A stretch of DNA of 64,000 nucleotides from Octopus sinensis (lineage: Eukaryota), in the NCBI RefSeq assembly GCF_006345805.1, contig NC_043019.1, forward strand, positions 9,609,360-9,673,359, written 5' to 3'. The translations under genes and the position numbers were made by a program. Below the pieces are notes generated by a model that saw only the letters and a list, made by a program, of their open reading frames with translations, searched no databases and had not been told where the DNA came from. Positions 13,417 through 27,432 of the stretch are shown one piece after another (position 1 is the first letter of the stretch; each line of letters begins with the position of its first letter).

Positions 13417-15939
13417 TACTCACACATACACGTACACACACACACACACATACACACACACATATATATATATATAATTTTAATGTCCATTCTCTATGCT
13501 AGCATATGTTGGATGGTTTGATAGAAGGTGGCCAGCTGGAGAGATGCCCAAGTTCCAGTCGTCTGTTTTGGCATGGTTTCTGCAGCTGGATGTCCTTCCT
13601 AACACTGACCACTTTACAGAATGAACTGGATGCCTTTTACATGGCACCAGCATGGCTGCTTTAACATGGTTTCTGAAGTTGTATGCCATTCTTAATGCCT
13701 ACCACTTTACAGAGTGCACTGTAATATATGTAATATATGTATATTGTTTCCTTACTGCTTATTGTAGCTAACATTGCCAGTACATGATACCTGTTTAGTT
13801 ATTTAAAGCTAGTTGGCCTATGCTGGTGAAGTTTAAGCTTGTATATTAGAAACACGATGATATGTAATGCAGTGCAGATATCAGAATATAAACTGTTGAA
13901 CTCTGCAATTCAATAACCCTTATTGATTCAACAGACTTAAAAACTATCAGGTTATTGCAAGGAGTGTAAATCATATATCTCAGTTAATCATGTTCAAACT
14001 CAACATGTCTAAACTAAGACCATACAGTGTGTGTGTGTGTGTGTGGTGTGTGTGTGTGTGTGTGTGTTATTTTATAATTATTTAAGCTGAGAGGATGGAA
14101 CAAAGTTAAAGTGAAAGAGTGGCTATAAACTGAGGGAAAAAGAAGAGATAAACTAAAGAGAGATAAAATAAACAGGAGAAAAAAAGATCAAAGGAACCGA
14201 GCAAATAATGTTGGAGAGTGAGGGGGGATCGAAAGAAATGACAAAACATAGCATTTAAAGATATCATTAATTAATAATCTATACACTATGCAGATATTGG
14301 ATAGCTGAATGTATATATTTGACTAGCTATTTGTTGATATGCAGTTTGATTCCACTACAAGCTTTCTTTGTGTTTCTGAGCAGATCATCTGTCTATCAGA
14401 AGTTGGCACTACATCATCTAACGAATGGTATCTTTTGTAGACTGTCCAAGAGGAAATTTATCTTTTATCCACTTCCTACCATAAAACTGGACCTAAGTAT
14501 TAATACTTAAAAACTCAAGTGGGAAATATTTGCATTTTACTATACACAAGAAGTAGGTGCTCTGTACTGTGTGAAGGTGGTTAAACAGCCAGCAAAAATG
14601 GGGAAAGATATCAAGCTGGTTTCAAATCCAGGTTGAAGAAAATTTATTCACACATACATGTATGCACGCATACACACATGCACGCACACGCACACACACA
14701 CACACACACACAACACACACACACACACACACACACATACACACACACACACACACCAGCTCCAGGTTAAAATGCTAGATTACACTTTTGTCCTTTTGGT
14801 AGGAAGCTGAATCTTATTGCTGCCTTTAGATACATAGCTGTTGCCTTCATTTCACCTAAGATTATAAAACAGATTCTACAACCTCCTACTTCACATTTGG
14901 TTGGTTAAGTAGTAAGATGAATCATCATTTGGCAATTGATTCATTCAAAAAACCATCTCCTGTTTGCAAGTATAGAAAAAAAAACAACACCATAAAATCA
15001 TTTTTTTAAAATAGATAGAGTGAGAAATTGATAATGTGTACGTGTCACTGATACCAAGATACCTTACCCTCTGGTAGCTCTGTCTCCTTAACTCGGTATT
15101 GATACCACATTATATAGAGAAGTCATTGCTGTAAGCAACAGCTGTTGATCTATGATAGTGATTTTTTTTATATAAGCATAAGGGGATTGGATGCTGTCAT
15201 TCATATCAAGACCTGTATTTGACTGATACTTATTTCTACCCGAAAAGGATACGAGGTGAAACTGAATTCATTTGCATTTAACTTTGGAAGGTGAAAAATT
15301 CTAACTAAAAACCAAAAGATATTTGTTCAACATTCTAATTAATGATTCTACCACTCAACTACCGCTCAGACTGTTAATACTGAGGTTTATTATCTTGCAC
15401 ATTGGTAAGTTCTAATTATAGACCAGAGGTTTTCAGTCTAGATCTGATTACTGAAGTCCAGTTCATCACACTGGTGTCCACCACTCATTGGATATTCTCT
15501 AGCTAAGATCAACTGTATGACAGTCACATGTGTGCATCTGCCTATAAAAATATACTGATAGACAGACACAGAAGTATACACTCGGTTGCCATACAGAATA
15601 CAATTGATCACACTATTTGACACATAAGTGGTTAATAACTTTTTCTCTTTAAAGATCTCAAAAAATTGAACAAAATATTGTGTTGTTGGGTGAAGTGTAT
15701 GCATGTACATTTGGCTATGAGCATTGATAATGATAATGGGAATGAGAAGGATTTTCAGTGACTATAACAAATGCAAAAATAACAACAATGACCACAATTG
15801 GAATGAGGATAGCTATAATGATAATTATGATAACAGTATCGCATATGATGATGATGACATTGACAATTGAGCATACAGGGTGGAATAACAATGTTTTAGC
15901 TGATACACAATCTATCTTTTTTCATTATTCGTGGCACTC

Positions 15940-16290
15940 TGTCGGTTACAACGACGAGGGTTCCAGTTGATCTGATCAACGGAACATCCTGTTCGTGAAA
16001 TTAACGTGCAAATGGTTGAGCACTCCACAGACACGTGTACTCTTAACGCAGTTCTCAGGGAGATTCAGCGTGACACAGAATTTGACAAGGCTGGCCCTTT
16101 GAAATACAGGTACAGCAGAAACAGGGAGAAAGAGTGAGAGAAAGTTGTGGTGAAACAGTACAGCCACATTCGCCACCACCCCCTGCCAAAGGCTTGTGGA
16201 GCTTTAGGTGTCTTCAATCAATAAACACTCACAACGCCCAGTCTGGGAATCGAAACCATGATCCTATGACTGCAAGTCTGCTGGAGGCTA
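15940..16290 (-). mobile_element. tRNA-head SINE of a second family
   Basis: Minus strand B-box-like ggtttcgattccc near 16245 and a CpG-retaining body ending ...caactggaaccctcgtcgttgtaaccgacagagtgcc. I recognise it as a cephalopod SINE type. Confidence 0.55.
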
Positions 16291-17378
16291 GAGGACTCCG
16301 TGATGGCGTCAGCCCTTCTGGTGACGTTGATGATCGCCTGGGGCTAAATGCATCAGTAACACCCCCACTGCCCTGCCCTGTCCCTAGCCACATTCGGATG
16401 GCTAACGTCCCTTATGTTATAGAGCAGTTACTGTCTATACCTCGTTTAGAGAATTATTATTGCCTTCATTATTATTATTATTTATTTATGGTTTATGTGT
16501 ACTTGATTTTTTGTTTTTTATTGTGTTGAGTTTCTTATTCAAATCTTCTGTAAAAGTAGAAGAAAATGTGATAGAGAATGTGGCAGAGGTGGTGGCGGTG
16601 GGGATGAAGGCAGTGGCGGTGGTGGCAGTGGTTGGTGGTGGTGGTGGTGGTGGTGGTGGTGGTGGAGGTGGTTCTGGTTTTGCTAGTGTAAAGGATCAAA
16701 CGAGTGGTTGTATTACATGATGGGCTTGAAATAACCAGGTTAAGGGATGAATAAGGGGAATAAGTAGTGTGTATGTGGTGGTGGTGGTGGTGGTGGTGGT
16801 AATGACAATTGGTCATGGTGGTGAAAGTACTGATAGTTGGGGGTGATGGTAGTACTAGTAATAGTAGTTGTTATGGGGGTTGTAATGTTGAGGTGGTGGC
16901 AGTGGCACTGATGCTGTTCCCAGTGAGTTCTGCTACTGTGGTGGTGGCAAGTGTATAATGCTGGTGCTGGTGGGTTTAATTGTTGTGATGGTGGTTCTTG
17001 TGATCGTAGAAACCTTCTCAAACTGACGTTTACAGTAAAGTCATGTAAAGGTGAATGCAAAGGGGAGAGAGAGGAAGAAAGTGTGATAAGTGTGAGGTAT
17101 TGTGACAAAGAGGAGAAGTCAGGTGACATGTGCAGCAGGACAAAAGCATGTAGCAATCAAGGAAACGAAATGTGATTAACATATGTATCTAGTGTATGTA
17201 TAATATATATGTCTCTATGTTTGAGTGTTTCTGCCACATACACATAAACAGATGTGTGTATTTATATATCTACTTACAAATATACACAACCACCCATTCA
17301 CATGTATATGTGTATCTGTAACTGTGTACATGTATTTGTGAGTATGTAAACAGGTAATTGTCTGCATTGTGCTATTCA

Positions 17379-17414
<36 letters not shown>

Positions 17415-20400
17415 TGTATGTGTGTGTGTGTGTGTGTGCGCATGCGTGCACAAGTATGCATATGTATAAAGGTATTTCAAATATAATACAAGATAAATTT
17501 TTGATTTATTAAAATATCTTCCTGTTGTGTGAAAGATATGTAAAAGCTTTGTGGTTATTTTGATCAATTCCAATTAAGAAGAGGTATAATCTGAGGAATT
17601 AAGAGCTTTCAAAAATTACACCAGTAAGGTAAAAACAGACTGATTATTTGAGACAAGAGGACACCTTTTGATATGTTTCTACCTCAGCTGGTTTCATTAG
17701 CACAGCAGTTGTTTGATTTGTGTCCATCAGGAAAGATATTCAGGCACATGCAAAATGAGCTGAAAATATTTATGGATTACAAGTAATTCGCAAAATTTAG
17801 ATCAAAATGGACACAGGGAAATGACTGGGAGGTCATTGGCATACATATAAGCAATAAAGATGAACTCCCATTGTGAGGAATGGGTGTTCGAAGTATAGCT
17901 ATTTCCAAACTCCGCTGATTATTATTTATTCAATATATAAAGCTATATCAAATACCATACAGACAAATTCTTTTTAACCCTAGCAGCTTGATATTCTATG
18001 CAGTTAATTTGGGAAAGAAACTGGGTACATCTACTCTTAGGAATGGTCAACAAACCCTGAAATGGTCTATCAGAAGACACTCCACCTCTTTACTTCATTA
18101 ATCGCATTGGAAAACTGTGTTTATATTCTTAGTATTTCTGTCACAGGCTTTCTAATCATTATCATCCACATCGTCATCTAACCTCCGCTTTCCATGTTGG
18201 CATGGGTTGGACGGTTTGAAAGGAACTGGCTAGGCAGAAGACTACATCATGCTTACTGTCTGTTTTGGTACGGGTTTTACAGCTGGATTCCCTTCCAAAT
18301 GCCAACCACTTTACAATGTGGACTGTTGGCTTTTTATGTGACACCAGCACTGGCAAGGTCATCAAGTAACTTGCAAGACAAAAATCCTTTGAGAGGAGCG
18401 GGGGCTTGGAGGAGGTGGTCTTGTACCAGATGATGGAAGGTTAGAGTGTAACAGAGGGACAGAAACAACTGTCTTACCATAGAGGAAATACATGCTTACC
18501 TGGTGAAAGAGAGAGAGAGAGTGATCAAGACTGAGGCCAGTAACAGGTGTGTTGCTGTAGAGAAGATACATGGTTAACCAGTCAGAGGGATAGAGCAAGA
18601 GGAAGAGAGAGAGTGCAAGAGAAAGAGAGTGAGTGGAAGAGAGCATTCTTGTGAAGTCTCTACGCCCTATTCATGCACCTTGGCAATACCCTACCATTCA
18701 TATTCTGACCCCATATCTTGAGGGCATGTCCTTCCACTTTGCCAGTACTTACCTCTCCCTTGCTTTTCCTTAACATCCCATTTATATTCTGATCACCATT
18801 CATTGTGAGCATGCCCTGGCACTTTGCCACCATCTCTCTCCTGCTCTCTTGCTTTCTAATATTTAAATTTATTTCTATCCTTCTGATTTGTACTCTATTA
18901 TACATGAATTATATACATTGTAATTAATAACAAGCTGTCAAAAGCACAAATATGCAAATTAAACCATCCAGCACACTGTGAGCCTAATTTATGACTGTTA
19001 TATTACAGCTGAATATCTTGTGCTATATATTATGGCATGAAATTGGATGCGTTCTCTGAGGAGCACTCAAAGCTCAACAAACAGTGATACTGTCTATCAG
19101 GAGATTCCACAAGTCATTTTTCTGAGTATCAAAAGCTTACAAAAATATATATTTACATTATAAATGTTTCGCTCACAGCCATATTATCTAATATTTAAAT
19201 TAATTTCAATCCTTTTGATTCATGTTGTGCTGTGCATCAAACATATTGATAGACAAACAGACAACACCACTACTGGTTCTTCTAAATGTGAGTAGCTATG
19301 TGACTCCTCAACAACAAGTCTGCTCTGCACCATATCCTTCTCTAATACTTTATCCTCCATCTCCTAACATAAAGTAATAGTGATAACCACACTATTATTA
19401 GTGGCACTTTCCGTAAAGTGGTTAAGATTGGAAAGTGCAGCCAGCCATAGAAATCATGCCAAAGCAGACACTGGAGCACAGTGCAGTCCTCGGATCCATC
19501 AGATCCTGTCAAACTATGCAACCCATTCCAGCATGGAATATGGACATTAAATCTTCAGCTTGAAGTCGAAGATTTTAAACTAGCAGAGACAACTCTAGAA
19601 TATTACCTGAGGAAACACAAGATCTCATTATGCAAACAAACAGTTGCCTAATCAAATACCTGCATTTCTGGAGAACCATGTTGGGTGGAAAAATTGTAGT
19701 GATTTAAAAAATAACTGTCCAAATGTACTCCTCCTTGTTGACTCCACTTTCTTCAATATATATATATATGTGTGTATGTGTGTGTGAATGAGTGTACATC
19801 TGTAACAGCTCAGATGAATTTCCATGCATGTGTTTCAAGTTTTGTACCTTCAATGTCATTGGTTTATAATTTAACACCCCACCCAGGCCAGCAACACCAT
19901 TGCCACAGTCACAATTATTTTGCATGCTTACTGCTAACACCAACACCACAGTCATCGATACTTCTCCCTGGTGCTACCTTTTGCTGTTTCCAAACTTCAG
20001 GCACATGTTTCATAGCTACTGCTACCACCACCACCCTCAGTATCCATACTTTCAGCAGTTCCCCTCTTTATTATGACCATTGACAGCTTCTCCGCCATAC
20101 AAACACTAAACCCCCTTCATGACTTTATACATTACCATTATTGATATCATCAATGCCCACTTATACCACTTCTGGCACAATCACTAGCACCAACATCACC
20201 ACCCATTTGGGGTGCCCTTATATATATAATCCACACTACTGGTTTCCCTCAACCTATCCAGCCTTACCCGTTTCGTTTCTCCCCACCGCAAAGTAACTCT
20301 CTATATATGTTTTTCTACCTAGACTTTCTATATTATTAGTCTCATTAGATATTATAATTAGTGCCTGAGATGCCCACTTGCAAAACAGATCATACTTTGT

Positions 20401-20845
20401 TGGAATCATGGTTAGAATAAGTACTGAGGCCTATTTGATTAAATAAAATCCCTTGAAAAATTATTTGATTAAATAAAATCCCTTGAAAAGAAAGGTGCAG
20501 TTATTTGTGGAAATGCAGCTAACCTCTTCATGGTATGGTGAGATGAACAACTCAAACAGTACACAATAGAGGAATCCATACATTTAGTGCTATACTCTTG
20601 TTATGCAGATGTGATAAACATTGTAATTAAAACCACTCCGCAGGATGATACCCGGGAAATAGCAGAAAATATAGAAAATATCAAACACCATAAATGAAAA
20701 GATTAAAGTTACCATTGATTAACCAGCTAAACACCCCACCAAAATGCTTCCAGTCTAGATGTGGATACAAATGGCAAGAAACAAAATCTATACTCACTTT
20801 ATATGAAACCTCTTCCCAATAAGCACTTGTGTGTCATGAGCTTTA

Positions 20846-20995
20846 CACTGGCATAACTAGAGGTGATGGGCAGTCTGCCTTGGTGGCATTTTTATGAGGG
20901 CCCTTTTGAGTCTGCAATATGTATTTTTTGTGGGCACCCAGGGGCAGCAAACTAAAGGGCCACCCCAGGTGGCACACACTCTAGTTATTCCAGTT
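20846..20995. mobile_element. hAT-type MITE with perfect 8-bp TSD
   Basis: TIRs cactggcataactagag / ctctagttattccagtt (15 of 17 match). GAGCTTTA is duplicated at 20838-20845 and 20996-21003. Confidence 0.85.
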
Positions 20996-21376
20996 GAGCT
21001 TTATGACAACAAATGCAAATATCTTGATAGCAAATTTAGTAAGATTTATAAGAAATATGCTTCATATGTGTCCCCACTATGAACAAAGAAAACATCTACA
21101 GGGTTTCATCTGCTAGATGCCATTCTCCAAATCAAGGTATATAAAGTGTCCAGGAAAACTTTAAACCATCATCATCATGATACTAATGGAGTGTGCCCTG
21201 TGCACACACACACACACACATATAGGGAAAGAGAGAGAGATGTATATGTGTCTACGCATGTATTTATATATACACACATGAATATATATGTGTATATATA
21301 ATATTTATATATGTATAGAATGTAGTATTTCTCTCTCTCTCTCGTTCTCTCTTTCTCTCTGCATATAATATATATG

Positions 21377-22634
21377 CAGCAGTGTCCCTCCAAAATGTAT
21401 GCACCACAATTTAACAGCTGATAACGCAGTTTCAGTTTCTAAAAGAGTCTCAAGCACAACAAACTGCCAGACTTCCGAAGGTTTGCTGTATTTGAGAAGA
21501 CACATCAAGCTAACTAAAATCATGGCAGTCCATGCATGCAGGCATGTCCTCTACATGCCTCTCTCAGCCAAGAGATCCTAGTCTTGCAGGCTTGTGGGTA
21601 CTGGTGCCACATAAAATTACATGTGCCTGTGTCACATAAAAGCACCTGTGACAGTGCCATATAAAAGTACTCAGTGCACTTTGTAAAGTGGTTGGCATTA
21701 GGAAGGACATCCAAATGCTGATGATGATGATGAGGGGAGCTAAACCAAGCTTTGAACCAAAGAAATTTGTCCCAAAGAGTGAAAATGCAGTCAAAGTGCA
21801 AAGACAATTTACAAAGCAGTTTGAAACAGATCCATCTACATGACTTATCATTACTCAAATTACAGATAAGCTTGAAGTAGATGTAAGTTTTCAGAATGTC
21901 CATGAGAAATGTTCTGGAGACTGCAGACACTGAGAAGCCATACAAAGCAAGAAAGAGTAACAGAATCATACTGCTAGTGTTCAAGGAAATATATGCAACA
22001 ACCAAGTCATAAGATAGGAATTTCTAAAGCAAATGTCCACGTCAGTTTGAAGAACTTCATTGAATAAGTAACATTTCAATGGTGGTCCATGCTGTTCTGG
22101 ACCTAAGAGTGGAGTATTGTGAGTGATACTAGGCTATACGGGTAGAAGATTCACACTTTCTAACAAAGATTGTTTGGAGTGATGGCACTACATTTGCATT
22201 AAATGACTCAGTTAACTTGCAGTGTTGCACAGGCTGAGGAGCTGACAATCCACATATTACAGAAAAATGTCTTGTTAATTTAAACCTGGAGTAACAGTAT
22301 TCACTGAGCCTCACATGATTTAACATGTTTTTAGGGGAATGCTTCATAGATAAAGTTTATGGTACAAAACTAGCAACAGTGAATAGATTAAAGACAGATA
22401 TTGAATGAGAATGTGCACAAATGCCAAATGAAATGTTTCATGATGCTTGCAATTCCATTGCTTTGCCCTGTGAACAGTGCCTAAACCAGAATGGTCAGCA
22501 ATTTGAAAACCAGTGTTCATAAAGAAACTAAATTTTGTCTGTAGATTCTACTATGTTTTTAAAAGGAAAAATAATTTAATAAGCCCTGATCTTAAAATCA
22601 TTCAGTGTGTGTATACATTTTTTGGGACACTCTG
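21377..22634 (+). mobile_element. Internally deleted Tc1/mariner-superfamily transposon (DUF4817-type transposase relic)
   Basis: Degenerate TIRs (cag.gtgtccc..aaaatgtat / atacattttttgggacactctg-TA). Peptides [35 protein letters not shown] and DKVYGTKLATVNRLKTDIE...CLNQNGQQFE. A repeat insertion sits at about 21570-21740. Confidence 0.75.
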
Positions 22635-23141
22635 TATATATGTATTCCTCTGAATATATGGAGCAACAAATTAGTTCCTGAAGAGCTGAGTGGGGTTGTG
22701 ATATTGAGTGAGGAGTCTTTATGGCAAATGTTGAGAAGCTAAGGTGTGACAGAGGAATAGAAACAGGTGTCTCACCGTAGAAGAAATACATAGCAACCCC
22801 AGCAAGGAAGGTTAGTGGAGATGAGTTGTTAGGGCCTATTTTCAAGGTGAAGAAAGTGGATAAAAAGAAAATAAGGGCAAAGTATCAAGGATGGGAGTAT
22901 GGGTAAGTTTGTGGGGAGGGAAAAGAAGAGTGACAGACAGTTAGAGATGATGATTGAGGTGAATGTAGGGAATAGTGAATACAAGTAAAGGTGTGGTCAT
23001 TGGTAAATGTCAGTTTTGGGGGGAGTAAAACAGTGGGTGAGGGAGGAGGTGATAGGTGACAGTACATATTATAAAAGGTGGGGGGAGTAACAGTATAATA
23101 AAACTGTAGATAGATGAGAAATGAGATGTTGTGAAGTATGG

Positions 23142-23185
<44 letters not shown>

Positions 23186-24244
23186 GGCACAAGGACAGAG
23201 ATGGCAGTCAAAGGAACACAGGGATAATAAATATATTGAGAAACAAAGTTAGGATGGCAGATGTGAGAGGGTGATCAGAGGAAAGAGGTATTTTGTGGAA
23301 AATAAAGAGATAAGGGATGATGTTGAGGATGGGGGGCAGGTTAAAGACAGAGCGATCCTAATCTTGCAGGCTTGCAGGTGCTGGTGTCGCATAAAAAGCA
23401 CCTGTGCTGGTGCCCCAGAAGAGCACCGATGCTGGTGCTACTTGAAAGAACACAGTACAGTTTGTAAAGTGGTTGGCACTAGGAAGGACATCAAGCCATA
23501 GAAAACCATGCCTAGGTAGACATGGGGCCTGAGCGGCTCTTCAGCTGACCAGCTCCTGTCAGACTGTCCAACCCACACCAGTATTGGAAATGAACATTAA
23601 ATGATGATGATGATGACAAATATATATGTATGTTCTCTTCCTTTCTTCCTCTCCGTCTCTCCCTCTTCCTCTCTCTAGTTGGGTAACCATGTACTTCTTC
23701 TACAGCAAGACATCTGTTTCTTTCTCTCTGTCACACCCTAACCCTTCATCATCTGATACAAGATCATCCCCTTCAATGTTCCCTCCCCTCCCAAAGATTC
23801 TTTGTCTTGCAAAGTTACTTGGTGACCCTGCCAGTGCAGGTACCACTTAAAAAAAACACCCAGTCCATACAGTAAGGTAGCTGGCATTTGGAAGGGCATC
23901 CAGTGGTAAATACGATGACCTTAACTGTTTGAGTGGCATGTAAAAAGTACTCAACCCATTCTGCAGAGCAGTTGGTGTTAGGAAGGGCATCCAGCTGTAG
24001 AAACCCTGCCAAAACAGACACTGAAGCATTGTGCTGGCTCCTGCCTGGCCAGCTCCTGTCAAACCGTCCACTCCATGGCAGCATGGAAGAAGGATATTAA
24101 ATGATGATGATGTATGTATGTGCACAACTATTATATATCTTATACATATATATATATATACACACACACGCATATACGTACGTTATATATATATATATAT
24201 ATACATACATAAATATACACACACACATATACACAACACACATG

Positions 24245-24282
<38 letters not shown>

Positions 24283-24692
24283 TATATATTGTTATTGCTT
24301 ATCCTTCACCTAACTTGGAACCTGCAATTTGTTTGGATCTAGAGTCTATAGATGGCAGTGCAATAGTTGTAGTGAGTGTGTATCTGCGTGTGACCTTGAT
24401 GACTCGTGTATTCAGTTAGCTATTTGTGAATGTATGCGTAACTGAAGAACAAAGCCGTATTTACTTTAGAGAGTATTTTTTTTTGTACGCTGTTTGTACA
24501 CTATAGCACTATCACCAACCTGACCTTGGTGCTTTCACTTTTAAGTACCTGATACTCTTGAATCTGAAAATTTTATACATATATATATATATATCGTCAT
24601 CATCATCATTTAATGTATCCTCCATGCTAGCATGGGTAGGTATATATATATATATATATGCATATATGTATGTATATATATGTATACATATG

Positions 24693-24734
<42 letters not shown>

Positions 24735-24770
24735 CACACACACACTCACAGACACACATTTATAAGCACA

Positions 24771-25190
24771 GGTGTAGCTGGGTGGTAAGAACCTTGCTTC
24801 CCAACCACATGGTCCTGGGTTCAGTCTCACTGTGTGGCACCTTGAGCAAGTGTATCCTGCTATAACCTCTGGCAGACCAAACCTTGTGAGTGAATTTTGT
24901 AGACGGAAACTGAAAGAAGCCCATCTTACACACACACACACACACACACAGATATATGTATGTATGTATGTATGTGTGTATGTATGTATGTATGTATGTA
25001 TGTATGTGTGTGTGTTTTTGTGTCTGTTTGTCCCCCCACCATCGCTTGATAGCAAAAGAGACCGATAGAATAAGAACTAGGCTTACAAAGTATAGGGCCA
25101 GGGGTCGATTTCTTAAATTAAAAAAACCTGATAAGGCGGTGCTCCCGCATGGCCACAGTCAAATAGCTGAAATGTATAAAAAATAAAAGA
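24771..25190 (+). mobile_element. Near full-length tRNA-head SINE (same family as 12960)
   Basis: Head ggtgtagctgggtggtaaga...gggttcagtctc, internal microsatellite, tail gcatggccacagtcaaatagctgaa...aaataaaaga. Another copy at about 38948-39300. Confidence 0.8.
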
Positions 25191-25419
25191 ATATGTATAT
25201 ATGTATATGCACACATATGTATACATGTTATATATAATGCTGACATTATGAGAATTTCATAAACTTTTAAGAGAACATGGTAAAATAACACTTGTTTGGA
25301 ATAGATTTTGAAGCAGACAAAAAAACAATACAAATTTACATGCCGTTATTTATAGCTTTATGTGTGCTTCAAGATCCATTATTCCAAAGCAGAGTTTATA
25401 TAGCATATATAGATATATA

Positions 25420-25574
25420 TAGACACACACACACACATACATACACACATGCATACATACATACATGCATACATATATATGCACACTCCTATATCTACAT
25501 GTTTATATATATATATACATATATATATATACATATATATACACACATCTATATATATACATACATATACATAT

Positions 25575-25618
<44 letters not shown>

Positions 25619-25752
25619 ATATTTCGGAATGGTCATATTTAAACGTACTATATATATATATATATACATAACACATGCTAGCATGGAAAGCGGACGTTAA
25701 ATGATGATGATGATGATGCATATATACATACATATATATATATATACATGCA

Positions 25753-25784
<32 letters not shown>

Positions 25785-25882
25785 CACATATATATATATA
25801 TACACATATATATACACATATATATATATACATATATATACATATATGCATACATACATATATATACATATATATATACATA

Positions 25883-25918
<36 letters not shown>

Positions 25919-25920
25919 AT
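25420..25920. repeat. Compound (TA)n/(CATA)n microsatellite, left flank of the PLE
   Basis: Read directly from sequence. Confidence 0.9.
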
Positions 25921-26069
25921 GTGAAATAGAAAGATGAATAATCTTGTAGTAGATTAATCAAAAGTTTAACCGATACCTTAGTAGCAAAAATCACCGCAGT
26001 AAACAGCACGGTTGGAGGTACAACCATATGGTGTTGCAACCGTGCGTTGGTGCGGATAATTGAAATTAA

Positions 26070-26663
26070 AACATTATTGGTGAATTGAAGAAATGGAGCT
26101 GAACGCAGATTGAACAGAAATCGTTTTATTTCATTCTACACGTGTTTCGAAAGGCACAAATTACCAAAATCCGATTGAATAATGGGACCATATTGTGTCT
26201 TTCTCTTCAGGAAGAAAATAGGAAATCCGTTGGAAACAGAACAGAGGCGGAGCAAAAACAAATCGAACTATGCTCCTAAGAGCCCATGGCGAAACTGTTT
26301 ATCAGTGTATGTTGAGAACCGGTGGCTGAAGAATTTAACGGGTCAGGCATCGGTCAATCATGTGGGTGAGGGTGTGTGGGTGTTCTTTGTGACCGAGAAT
26401 AAAGTTCTGACTATTTAAAGAATATTGGATGTTTTATAAGGGGCGAGAAAAAATCTACTTAGAGACGTGTGTGTGTGTGTATACTGTTCTATATATGTGT
26501 GTGTTGGCGTAGGGGTAGAAAACATTTTTTGTGTACGTGTGTGCGTTTGATCGTTCGGCTGTCAGTGGCTACTGCCGCGAGAACCGTTGGGTGGCAGAAA
26601 AAAATATATATATTATGTTTTATGTGTGTGTGTGTTCATCTAAGCCTGCCTTGTCAAGGAAAC
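26070..26663 (-). repeat. Left arm of inverted repeat (sense 3' pseudo-LTR)
   Basis: Reverse complement of 27210-27801. Differences found by eye: two substitutions, one A-run indel, one GT-unit indel and a 1-bp indel at the inner end. Confidence 0.95.
26127..26220 (-). ncRNA. Type I hammerhead ribozyme (left pseudo-LTR)
   Basis: Exact reverse complement of 27651-27744. Confidence 0.85.
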
Positions 26664-26797
26664 CCCCCGCTGTGAAAAAACCAAGCCCCGTTTGTCTAAC
26701 AGGAGTAATTCCCCTTGCAGTGGTTAATCGTAGATATCTTAAAGGCTATTTCAGAATTTGTTACCAAGGGCTATGGGTGCCGGTATTATTATAAACG

Positions 26798-27250
26798 CTA
26801 TTTAAAAGCCAGATAAGTGTAACGCCGCCAATGGGGGCATCGAAAAGCCGACTGTAAAAGCCCGTTTACCATCCGGCCTCTGGCAAACAAAATATGGAAG
26901 AGTTCGGAGACACAAAGGTTGCACTGCCTTCTGCCCCTATCAAATGGGAGGGCCACCGACAAAATTGACCATTCCAGCCTGTAGCTTAAGTTCGTATCCT
27001 TCAGTCGCCATATTAGCTTACTGAGTCCCGTGGTCTGGCGCTTGTTCATGTCCCGAAAAGTTGCGTAATGGTTGGAGACACGCAAAAACAATCTTGAGGA
27101 TGAGGCCCCTACATAAGTGAAGACATCTGAGTCCGTGTAAACCTTGCATTGGTAGACGGCGTTTTTGATCTTGGAGTTCGCCGACGTGAATCTTATTCTG
27201 CTAGGATTAGTTTCTTGACAAGGCAGGCTTAGATGAACACACACACACAT
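26798..27250 (-). CDS. Penelope-type GIY-YIG endonuclease domain (150 aa from in-frame ATG; no RT)
   Basis: NAVYQCKV..TYVGAS (GIY-YIG motif), RVSNH (catalytic Arg), LSKLIWRLKD, CNLCVSE (catalytic Glu), MVN (Asn) and CPH. No stops. The ATG at 27250 is supplied by the inverted arm, so expression is unproven. Confidence 0.75.
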   Translation of the reverse strand: MCVCVHLSLPCQETNPSRIRFTSANSKIKNAVYQCKVYTDSDVFTYVGASSSRLFLRVSNHYATFRDMNKRQTTGLSKLIWRLKDTNLSYRLEWSILSVALPFDRGRRQCNLCVSELFHILFARGRMVNGLLQSAFRCPHWRRYTYLAFK

Positions 27251-27432
27251 AAAACATAATATATATATTTTTTTTCTGCCACCCAACGGTTCTCGCGGCA
27301 GTAGCCACTGACAGCCGAACGATCAAACGCACACACGTACACAAAAAATGTTTTGTACCCCTACGCCAACACACACATATATAGAACAGTATACACACAC
27401 ACACGTCTCTAAGTAGATTTTTTCTCGCCCCT

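Noticed and set aside
16380-16410. cattcggatggctaa resembles the P4-J4/2 segment of an HDV antigenomic ribozyme
   Set aside because: I could not build P1, P1.1, P2 and P3 around it, and the GG needed before P4 is absent.
18492-18520. Minus-strand ctctctttcacCAG|GTAAGC recursive-site look-alike
   Set aside because: It lies inside an abundant repeat family whose other copies carry a similar sequence, and the pyrimidine tract is a (CT)n microsatellite.
20432-20489. 28-bp direct duplication that could suggest a repeat-spacer array
   Set aside because: Two adjacent copies inside a SINE tail with no spacers. This is a simple local duplication, not CRISPR.
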